The notes beneath the pieces were generated by a model. It saw only the letters and a list, made by a program, of their open reading frames with translations, was not told the DNA's origin and did no database searches. From Mobula hypostoma (Eukaryota): a stretch of DNA of 64,000 nt. A program made the position numbers and the translations under genes. Position 1 is the first letter of the stretch. Each line of letters begins with the position of its first letter. The stretch covers positions 27,778,001 through 27,842,000 of the forward strand of contig NC_086097.1 of NCBI RefSeq assembly GCF_963921235.1. The letters are read 5' to 3'. This document shows positions 1 to 9,789 of the stretch, one piece after another.

Positions 1-2560
1 TACCAAAATGCAATACCTCACACCTGTCTGCATTAAATTCTATCTGCTATTCAGTCCACTTTTCCAGCTGGTTCAAATCCTGCTGAAAGTCATGATAGAT
101 TTCCTCACTGTCCACTACACCCCCAATCTTAAGCGTCATCTGTCAATTTGCTGACCAAGTTAGCCAGATTGATATACAAACCCCATTTCTAGAAAAGTTG
201 GGATATTTTCCAAAATGCAATAAAAACAAAAATCTGTGATGTGTTAATTCACGTGAACCTTTATTTAACTGACAAAAGTACAAAGAAAAGATTTTCAATA
301 GCTTTACTGACCAACTTAATTGTATTTTGTAAATATACACAAATTTAGAATTTGATGGCTGCAACACACTCAACAAAAGTTGGGACAGAGTTAAAATAAG
401 ATTGAAAAGTGCACAGAATATTCAAGTAGCACCGGTTTGGAAGACTCCACATTAAGCAGGCTAATTGGTAGCAGGTGAGGTATCATGACTGGGTATAAAA
501 GTAGCGTCCATCAAAGGCTCAGTCTTTGCAAGCAAGGATGGGTCGTGGCTCACCCTTTTGTGCCAAAATTCGTGAGAGAATTGTTAGTTCAAAAGAAACA
601 TTTCTCAATGCAAGATTGCAGAGAATTTAGGTCTTTCAACATCTACAGTACATTATATTGTGAAAAGATTCAGAGAATTCAGAGACATCTCAGTGCGTAA
701 AGGGCAAGGTCGGAAACCACTGTTGAATGCGCGTGATCTTCGAGCCCTCAGGCGGCACTGCCTAAGAAATCGTCATGCTGCTGTGACAATTATATCCACC
801 TGGGCTCGGGAGTACTTCGTAAAACCATTGTCACTCAACACAGTCCGTCGCTGCATCCAGAAATGCAACTTGAAACTGTATTACGCAAGGAGGAAGCCAT
901 ACATCAACTCTATGCAGAAACGCCGGTGAGTTCTCTGGGCCTGAGCTCATCTCAGATGGACCGAAAGACTGTGGAACAGTGTGCTGTGGTCAGATGAGTC
1001 CACATTTCAGCTAGTTTTCGGAAAAACCAGACGTCGAGTTCTCCGTGCCAAAGATGAAAACGACCATCCAGATTGTTATCAGCAAAAGGTGCAAAAGCCA
1101 GCATCTGTGATGGTATGGGGGTGCATCAGTGCCCACGGCATGGGTGAGTTGCATGTAGGTGAAGGTACAATTGACTCTGAGACATATATTAGGATTTTAG
1201 AGAGACATATGTTGCCATTAAGGCGACGTCTCTTCCCGGGACGTCCATGCTTATTTCAGCAGGACAATGCCAGACCACGTTCTGCATGGGCTATAACAGC
1301 GTGGCTTTGTAGACACAGAGTGCCTGTGCTTGACTGGCCTGCTGCAAGTCCAGATCTATCTCCTATTGAAAATGTATGGCGCATCATGAAGAGGAGAATC
1401 AGACAACGGAGACCACAGACTGTTGAGCAGCTGGAGTCTTATATCAAGCAAGAATGGACAAAATTTCCAATTGCAAATCTACTACAATTAGTATCCTCAG
1501 TTCCAAAATGATTTAAAAAGTGTTATTAAAAGGAAAGGTGATGTAACACAATGGTAAACATGCCTCTGTCCCAACTTTTGTTGAGTGTGTTGTAGCCATC
1601 AATTTCTAAATTTGTGTATGTTTACAAAATACAATTAAGTTGGTCAGTTAAACTATTGAAAACCTTTTCTTTGTACTTTTGTCAGTTAAATAAAGGTTCA
1701 TGTGAATTAGCATATCACAGATTTTTGTTTTTATTGCATTTTGGAAAATATCCCAACTTTTCTGGAAATGGGGTTTGTAGATGACAAACAACAATGGACC
1801 CAGCACTGATCCCTGTGGCACAATCACAATCTCAGAGGCCAACCATCTGCTGCCGCTCGGACTTGCCCTACAAAGCCAAGGTCTTATCCAATTTTCTACC
1901 TCATCTTGAGTGCTGAGCGGCTATACCTGCTTGACGTATCTCCCATGTAGGATCTTGTCAAAGGCCTTGCTGAAATCCATGTAGACAACATCCACTGCCT
2001 TGCCTTCATCAACTTTCCTGGTAACCTCCTTGAAGATCTCTATAAGATTGATTAGACGTAAACTAACACGCGCAAAACCCTGCTGACTATCAGTCCATGT
2101 CCATCCAAATTCTCATATATACAGTATCTCAGAATACCTTCCAGTAACTTTCCCACTACTGATGTCCGGCTCACCGGCCTATAATTTCTGGGTTTATTTC
2201 TTAGACAACAGAACAACATTGGCTTTCCTCCAATCTTCTGGCGTCTCATCTGTCATGAAGGATGATTAAAATATCTCTGCTAGGGCCCTTGCAACTTCTG
2301 CACTTGCCTCCCACAGTGTCCAAAGGAACACCTGGGGATTTAGCCACTATGATTTGCCTCAAGCCAGCGAACACCTTCTCCTCTGTAATCTGTATAGAGT
2401 CCATGAAGTTCATGCCGTTTTGTCTTACTTCTATAGACTCAGTAAATACAGATGGAAAAAATCCATTTAAGGTCTCCCCCCCACCCTCGCCTTTGGCTCC
2501 ACACATTCTGATCTTCCAGAGGGCTGGTTTGGTCCTACGCTATCCTTTTGCTCCAATGGA
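1..2560 (-). mobile_element. Degraded CR1 LINE RT fragment interrupted by the Tc1 at 177-1777
   Basis: Remnant peptides [15 protein letters not shown] and NYRPVSRTSVVGKLLE; the sequence is continuous across the Tc1 TA target site. Confidence 0.8.
177..1777 (+). mobile_element. Full-length Tc1 (DD34E) transposon with ~210-bp TIRs and disrupted transposase
   Basis: TA|CAAACCCCATTT...AAATGGGGTTTG|TA. Transposase from ATG 538 carries WSDES, FQQDN-x-SPDLSPIENVW with 34 residues between D and E, plus frameshift and stops. It splits a minus-strand CR1 fragment. Confidence 0.95.
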
Positions 2561-3039
2561 CTACAAAATGACTGACTTGTGCTCAAGTGGCAACACAAGA
2601 GTCTGCTCATGCTGGAAGCAGGAGCAACAAACAATTTGCTGGAGAAAGGAGAAAGGCAACAGGTTGAGCAGCATGTGTAGGGGAAAGGAACTGTCAATGT
2701 TTCAGCTTGCACCCTGCTTCCCGCTGAGTTCCTCCAACAAAATGTTTGTAGTCTGTGGTCAAGGGAGTTTCTCGATAGAAACTTTACCATGAGGGACAGG
2801 TGATGCTGCAAAGTTCAACCAAACGGAACATTCTGCAGCAATGAGTCATAGCTATCCTTCACCTTACATAAACAGTAAGTGGCATTACATGCTGCAGTTG
2901 TCTGTCCCCACCGCAGCCACACACAAAGGTGGCTACATTGTGTTTGTTGCTCCTGGAAGCCCCACCCAACCAAGACATTCTCTTGTCTCCTCTTCCCATC
3001 AGCTGAATATACAAAACCCTTAAAGTACACACCATCAGG

Positions 3040-4651
3040 GAAGTGGAAGGGAGGGATGGAAGGGAGGGAAGGAAGGGAGGGAAGGGAGGGAAGGAAGGGA
3101 GGGAAGGGAGGGAAGGGAGGGAAGGGAGAGGGAAGGGAGGGAAGGGAGGGGGAAGGGAGGGAAGGGAGGGGGAAGGGAGGGAAGGGAGGGAAGGGAGGGA
3201 GGGGAGGGGGAAGGGAGGGAAGGGAGGGAGGGGAGGGGGAAGGGAGGGAAGGGAGGGAGGGGAGGGGGAAGGGAGGGAGGGGAGGGGGAGGGGGAGGGGA
3301 AGGGAGGGAGGGGAGGGGGAGGGGGAGGGGAAGGGAGGGGGGGGAGGGGAAGGGGAAGGGAGGAAGGGGAAGGGGGGAGGGGAAGGGGGAAGGGGAAGGG
3401 AGGGAGGGGAGGGGAAGGGGAAGGGAGGGAGGGGAGGGGGAAGGGGAAGGGAGGGAGGGGAGGGGGAAGGGGAAGGGAGGGAGGGGAAGGGGAAGGGAGG
3501 GAGGGGAAGGGGAAGGGAGGGAGGGGAAGGGGAAGGGAGGGAGGGGAGGGGGAAGGGAGGGAGGGGAGGGGGAAGGGGAAGGGAGGGAGGGGAAGGGGAA
3601 GGGGGGAGGGGAAGGGGAAGGGAGGGAGGGGAAGGGGAAGGGAGGGAGGGGAGGGGAAGGGGAAGGGGAGGGGGGAGGGGAGGGGAAGGGGAAGGGAGGG
3701 AGGGGAGGGGGAAGGGGAAGGGAGGGAGGGGAGGGGGAAGGGAGGGAGGGGAGGGGGAAGGGAGGGAGGGGAGGGGGAAGGGGAGGGGAGGGGGAAGGGG
3801 AAGGGAGGGGGGAAGGGGAAGGGAGGGAGGGGAGGGGGAAGGGGAAGGAGGGGAAGGGGAAGGAGGGAGAGGGGAGGGAGAGGGGAGGGGAGGGAGAGGG
3901 GGGAGGGGGGAGGGAGAGGGGAGGGGGGAGGGAGAGGGGAGGGGGGAGGGGGGAGGGGAGGGAGAGGGGAGGGGGAGGGGAGGGGGGAGGAGAGGGGAGG
4001 GGGGAGGAGAGGGGAGGGGGGAGGGGAGGGAGAGGGGAGGGGGGAGGGGAGGGAGAGGGGAGGGGGGAGGGGAGGGAGGGGGGGGGGGAGGGGAGGGAGA
4101 GGGGAGGGAGAGGGGAGGGGGGGAGGGAGAGGGGAGGGGGGAGGGGGGGAGGGGGGGAGGGGAGGGAGAGGGGAGGGGGGAGGGGAGGGAGAGGGGAGGG
4201 GGGAGGGGGGGAGGGAGAGGGGAGGGGGGGAGGGGGGAGGGAGAGGGGAGGGGGGGAGGGAGAGGAGAGGGGAGGGGGGAGGGGGGGAGGGAGAGGGGAG
4301 GGGGAGGTGGGGGGAGGGGAGGGGGGAGGGGAGGGGGAGGGGAGGGGAGGAGGGGGGAGGGGGAGGGGGGAGGAGGGGGGAGGGGAGGAGGGGGGAGGAG
4401 GGGAGGAGGGGGAGGAGGGGAGGAGGGGGGAGGAGGGGAGGAGGGGGGAGGAGGGGAGGAGGGGGGGAGGGGGAGGGGAGGAGGAGGGGAGGAGGGGAGG
4501 GGAAGGAGGGGAGGAGGGGAGGGGGAGGAGGGGAGGGGGAGGAGGGGGGAGGGGAGGGGGGAGGGGAGGAGGGGGGAGGGGGAGGGGGAGGGGGAGGGGG
4601 AGGGGAGGGGAGGGGAGGGGGAAAGGAAGGGAGACGGGGGAAGGGGAGAAG
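3040..4651 (+). repeat. Polypurine (G/A) low-complexity tract in TTC7B intron 1
   Basis: 3058-4634 is G/A only apart from one T seen at 4308. Confidence 0.97.
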
Positions 4652-4931
4652 TTTGGTGGAAATAGATTGCGCGCGGTTGACGGACAGAGGGGGCGGGGCC
4701 GGGGTCCAGCCATCTCTCCGCTGCAGTATAGTTCCGGTCCCTAGTTCGACCCTGGTTAATGCTGGCGCTGCGGACCTGAGGTGAAAGCTCACTGAAAAAC
4801 TGCGGGTAACACCACCCGGGGACCTGGGCCAAATCCGTCTGCTGCCCGCCAGAGTGTATGCTGCTGTTCCCGACCGGATGGGCCCTCCCCAACTGACAGT
4901 TGAATGAGCGTCTAGGCCGCAGCATCCTTAC

Positions 4932-5052
4932 CGTTGCCGATGAGTTTTGCTGACAGTTGCTTGATGAGCTCTGGGATCTTCTCCCACAGGCACTCGTTGC
5001 GGCAGCGCTCAATCTCGATCTCCAGCCGCGTTCCGGACTTCTTAGCGGCCAT
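4932..5052 (-). CDS. TTC7B: Tetratricopeptide repeat protein 7B, first coding exon (121 nt)
   Basis: ATG at 5052 reads [40 protein letters not shown], matching the recalled TTC7B N-terminus ([40 protein letters not shown]). Ends at a G|GTAAGG donor at 4932/4931, lies in CpG-rich sequence and is downstream of RPS6KA5 as in human. Confidence 0.93.
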
Positions 5053-5098
5053 TTCAGCGGCAGGGGCCGGTGTGCGCCGGAGCGGGGCCGGGAGGACC

Positions 5099-5480
5099 GG
5101 GACTGTAGCGCCCGCCCCTGCCCTGGCGACGGTTGCCGGGACTGCAGCGCCGCTCGCTCCTGACACGGCGGCGTTTCCAGGGACTGCAGTTCCCGCTCCT
5201 GACACGACGGCTTTTCCAGGGACTGCAGCGCCTGCTCCCCCTCTGGCGGTGGCCCCCGGGACTGCAGTTCCCGCTCTTGACACGGCGGCGTTTCCAGGGA
5301 CTGCAGCGCCTGCTCCCCCTCTGGCGGTGGCCCCCGGGACTGCAGTTCCCGCTCTTGACACGGCGGCGTTTCCAGGGACTGCAGCGCCTGCTCCCCCTCT
5401 GGCGGTGGCCCCCGGGACTGCAGTTCCCGCTCTTGACGCGGCGGCGTTTCCAGGGACTGCAGCGCCGCTCGCTCCTCCCT
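5099..5480. repeat. Tandem repeat, 39-bp monomer / 78-bp dimer, about 10 monomers
   Basis: GGGACTG(C/T)AG anchors at 5099, 5138, 5180, 5219, 5258, 5297, 5336, 5375, 5414 and 5453, with two alternating monomer types. Confidence 0.92.
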
Positions 5481-6864
5481 GTCAGCCGAAGTTCCAGGCA
5501 TACAGCGGCGTCTTCGCTCACCTTAGGGGCAACTCCAAGCATTGTAGCGCCTATTGCGCCGCCATGTGGCGACCTTCGGTACTGCAGGCGCGCCGACTTC
5601 CGTGAGGACTCAACACCGTAGCGTTCAACTGTATTAACGCGGACCAATTGTTAAATGTAATTTCCTGTACACAATGCAAGGAGAACAAAATAATTGTTAC
5701 TCCAGATCCGATGCAGCACAAAAACACGAAAGATAAAGAATAATAATAGTTACTTAATAAAATAAACATTATATTTAATAAATAGAAATGCAAAAGATAG
5801 CTTCTATACATAGATTGACATGAAAGTAGCACTACGCTCTACATACGGTGACAGACAGGAAATAATAAAGTAGTGGTGGAGTTAGTGGGTGGAGGTGTTG
5901 AGTCGCCTTACTGCTGGGGAAAGTAAATGTTCTTGAGTCTGGCAGTCATGGGGTAGCCTCCTGCCTGTGGGACAAACGGTCCATGAGAAGGGTGTGTGGG
6001 ATCCTTCATGATGGCACACTGGCACTTTCCTTGATGATGGGGCAGCTGATGCTGGTGATGTTTTGAGCAGTTTTGAATGCCCAGTATAGAGCTTTCCTCA
6101 GCTGTGCAGTTTATGTACCAAACAGTGAGACAGCTTGTTAGGACGCTGTCTATTGTGCATCTGTAGAATGACATGAGTACAGATGTGCAAAGCTCTCTTC
6201 ACCCCCCCATCTCAGAAAGCGGGGGGGGTGGACTTTATTGACAGTGTAGGTGACCATGAGGGTTTGTGTGAGATGTGCCCTCCCAGGAGTTTGAAACTGC
6301 TCACGGTTTCCATCTCTTTGCTGCCGATGTAAAGGGGGTGTGAGAAATGCAAGTTCAACTGAAGTCAATAACCTTCTCCTTTGTCTTGTTGACAAGAGGT
6401 TATTTGTCAGGCACCCGGCCTTGAATTCTCCCTCTTCTTCTCTGCAGGCCATCTCATCACTGTTGTGTCATCAGCGAAGCTGAAGGTGTGATTACTCAGG
6501 TACGGCAATGGGCTCAGCACACAGCCCTGGGGGTACCTGTAATGAGGATGATGGCGAGGGAGGGGCAGATGTACATCCTGACTATGAGGTCTGTTCATTA
6601 GGAAATCCAACACCCAGTTGTGCTTGGTGTATTTAGACCGAGGCGCAGGAGTTCGTTCACCAAGGTCTGTGGGACAACAGTGTTGAATGCCGAACCGAAA
6701 TCCAGAAACAGCGTTCTGACACTAGTGTTCTTGTTTTCTAGGTGTGTCAGGGCCAGTGGGTGATAGATGCCTTGGCATCTGTTGTACAGTGGGTCTGTCA
6801 GTAAGCATATTGATGAGTGTCCCATGTGGGAGGGTTGGAGTGCCATTACCAGCCATTCAAAGCA

Positions 6865-8390
6865 CTTACTTTATACTTTATTGTCACCAAACAATTGGTA
6901 CTAGAACGTACGATCATCACAGCGATATTTCATTCTGCGCTTCACACTCCCTGGATTACAAATATTAAATATTAAAAATAGTTAAAATTAGTAAATATTA
7001 AAAATTTAAATCATAAATCATAAATAGAAAATAGAAAAATGGAAAGTAAGGTAGTGCAAAAAAACCGAGAGGCAGGTCCAGATATTTGGAGGGTACGGCC
7101 CAGATCCAGGTCAGGACCCGTTCAGCAATCCTATCACAGTTGGAAAGAAGCTGTTCCCAAATCTGGCCGTATGAGTCTTCAAACTCCTGAGCCTTCTCCC
7201 AGAGGGAAGAGGGATGAAAAGTGTGTTGGCTGTGTGAGTCCTGTCCTTGATTATCCTGGCAGCACTGCTCCGACAGCGTGCGGTGTAAAGTGAGTCCAAG
7301 GATGGAAGATTGGTTTGTGTGATGTTCTGCGCCGTGTTCACGATCTTCTGCAGCTTCTTTCAGTCTTGGACAGGACAACTTCCATACCAGGTTGTGATGC
7401 ACCCTAGAAAAATGCTTTCTACGGTGCATCTATAAAAATTAGTGAGGGTTTCAGGTGTGACAAGAATACACATAGATAAGATGTTAGCTGTCCTATGTGA
7501 TCAGCAGTTGGTCTGCCACCTGTCTTCAAGAGAGAGATAAGGAACACAATGAAACAGCATCTGGAGATGTGTAATGAAGGGACGGGGGAGAGAGAGCTGT
7601 CTGGAGCGGCTCCCCCCTTTGAACCCTGAACTGTTTGAAGTGATGGACAGGCGATACCCCAGCAGGGGGATAAAAAGGGACAGGTTCGCCAAGGCAGGAC
7701 ACACACGACACCCGAGGTAACGAGATCCTGGAAGCGGTGCACCTCTCACAAGTCGGTGGGAAGTATCGGACAACGCACAGGGTGGAAAGGTACGATCAGT
7801 GGGAACCCGGTGTGTGTCCGCCCTTGCCTGGGTGCCGGGTTCACTGCAGAGGATCGACCACATCTGGAGGAGGGGTCACAGTCGGTGACCTCAGGTGACA
7901 TCACAAAGGACCTGCCCAAAGGCTGCTTGTGAGCCATCTCGCCGGTCTGTGAGTGGAAGCAGTTCTGAATGATCAGTCGTTCCCGTTCTCTCTCTCTCTC
8001 CCCCCCCCCACGTTGTCCATCGCCATGGCAACGATTATTGCGAACTGAACTAAATTGGACTGAACTTTTGTGTCACTTTGAAATTTGGTCATTTACCCCT
8101 AGACAACGATAGAGCTTGATTGATGCTGTTATCTTAATTCTGTGCACATGTGTGTTTATCATTGCTGAACTGTTGCATTTATTATCCTTTCGATTACTGT
8201 GTTGCTTGTTTCTTTAATAAAACTTTCTTGGTTCTAGTAATCCAGACTCCAACTGAGTGATCCATTTCTGCTGGTTTGGCAACCCAGTTACGGGGTACGT
8301 AACACAGGGGACAGGCCAAATTTCTTTAGTTTTCTCGGGAAGTAAAGGCGCTGGTGGGCCTTCTTGGCAGTGAACTCTGCTTGCTTGGCC
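6865..8390 (-). mobile_element. Second Rex1-type LINE 3' fragment nested in the first and split by a solo LTR
   Basis: Peptide LPSGRRLRSLKTHTARFGNSFFPTVIGLLN; AATAAAGTATAAAGTAAGT-type tail on the minus strand at ~6865-6885; the RT frame (KKAHQRLYF..KFGLSP..LTNFYRC) rejoins across the LTR. Confidence 0.75.
7456..8304 (+). mobile_element. Solo LTR (849 bp) with 4-bp TSD CAGG
   Basis: TGTGAC...GTAACA termini; CAGG at 7452-7455 and 8305-8308; TATA-like GATAAAAA near 7669; AATAAA near 8217. Confidence 0.85.
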
Positions 8391-8899
8391 AGGGATGTTG
8401 TCTGGCCCAGCCGCCTTATGGGGGTTGACCGTCTGCAGAGTCCTTCTCACGTCTGCTTGTTACAGACAGTGGCTGCTCACCTGCGGGGTATTGGGGGGGG
8501 TAGCTTTTGTGGCCAGCGTTGTGTTGCATGTCTCCAAGTGTGCATAAAAGTTCTTTAGAGCATCAGGGAGGGGAGAATCGCTGGTGTGGTCGATGCTGTT
8601 TTCCCTTGTGTAGTCAGTAATGCCTGTGGTCTCCAGCCAGATACACAGGGAATCATTATCAGACAGAATCTTTTCTGCATAGGTGGTCTTTGCTCTCTTG
8701 ATGTCTAAGGTAAAGTTCCTGCTGGCTACTCTGAGAGCTGTTCTGACACCGGACTTGAAGGCAGTGTCACAAGGTTGTCATAGGGAGCCTACCTCTGTAT
8801 TCAGCCAGGGCTTCTGTTTGGGCTGTGAGATTAACCGTGAGGTACCAATGTTGTCTATGCCCTTGGCATTCAGACCTTGAAAGAGATCAGAGTTAATCA

Positions 8900-9650
8900 G
8901 AGTCTTGCTTGTCAAGTAAGAACTTGGAGCTCAGGTTTTATAGGGTTTTGCTCAGACCACATTTGGAGTATTATGAGCTGTTTTGGGCCCCTTATCTAAG
9001 AAAGAATTTAAGGCAGAGGTTAATAGATTCTTGATTGGTCAGGCCATGAGGGATATGGAGAAAAGGCAGGAGACTGGGGCTGAGAGGAAAATTGGATCAG
9101 CCATGATAAAATGGGGGAGCATACTTGACAGGCCAAATGGCCTAATTCTGCTTCTATCTTATGGACTGATATTGAAGAGGGTCCCGGGGAAGTTCACAGG
9201 AATGAAAGGATTAACATGAGGAGTGTTTGATGGTTCTGAGTCTGTACCCACTGGAGTTTAGAACAAAGAGAGGGAATCTCATTGAAACCTAGTGAATATT
9301 GAAAGACCTAGACAGAGTGGATGTGGAGAGTTTGTTTCCTGTGGGGGGAGTCTAGAATAAGAAGGCACTGCCTCAGAATAGAAAGATATCCCTCCAGAGC
9401 AAAAATGAAGGAGGAAGTTCTTTAGCCAGAGGGTGGTGAATCTGTGAACCTCATTGCCACATACAGCTGTGGAGGCCAAGTCATGGGGTATATTTAAAGG
9501 AGAGGTTGATAGGTTTTTGATTCGTAAGGATATCAAAGGTTACAGGGAGAAGGCAGGAGAATGGGGTTGAGTGGAAAAATAAATCAGCCATGATTGAATG
9601 GTGAGGTAGACTTAATGAGACAAATGGCTCCTATGTCTTGTTGTTACAGA
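8900..9650 (+). mobile_element. CR1 3' fragments
   Basis: RPHLEY-like start, FFSQRVVNL and FKAEVDRFL motifs, and CR1 3'UTR sequence. Confidence 0.7.
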
Positions 9651-9789
9651 AGGAGATAGAAGTGGGCAGTTATGGAGTTGGGGAACAGTCAGGTCTGATG
9701 GTATGGGACACATCCTGCTCTATTAGGAGGCATCTGAGAACTGCACCAGTCCAAATGAAGTATCTCAGACCAAAACATTGACTGTCAAA

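Larger units (their letters stand above)
4660..5640 (-). promoter_or_regulatory. CpG island, TTC7B promoter and 5'UTR
   Basis: Abrupt GC- and CpG-rich block around exon 1 in an otherwise CpG-poor window. GC box GGGGCGGGG near 4690; YY1-like CCGCCAT at ~5559-5565 and GGCCATTT over the start codon. Confidence 0.75.
5640..8870 (-). mobile_element. Old Rex1/Babar-type LINE remnant hosting nested insertions
   Basis: Peptides FYRCTIDSVLTSCLTVWY, VRTLFLDFGSAFNTVVP and VNPHKAAGPDNIPG. Confidence 0.7.

Noticed and set aside
5099..5480. CRISPR-like regular spacing of a short conserved motif
   Set aside because: The intervening sequences are themselves repeated rather than unique spacers, there are no cas genes, and the context is a vertebrate promoter.
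2815..5501. Very long Pro/Ser/Leu-rich and Gly/Glu/Arg-rich ORFs of 540-880 aa
   Set aside because: They are artefacts of the purine-only tract, which cannot contain stop codons on either strand; they are open in all frames and cross the TTC7B splice donor.
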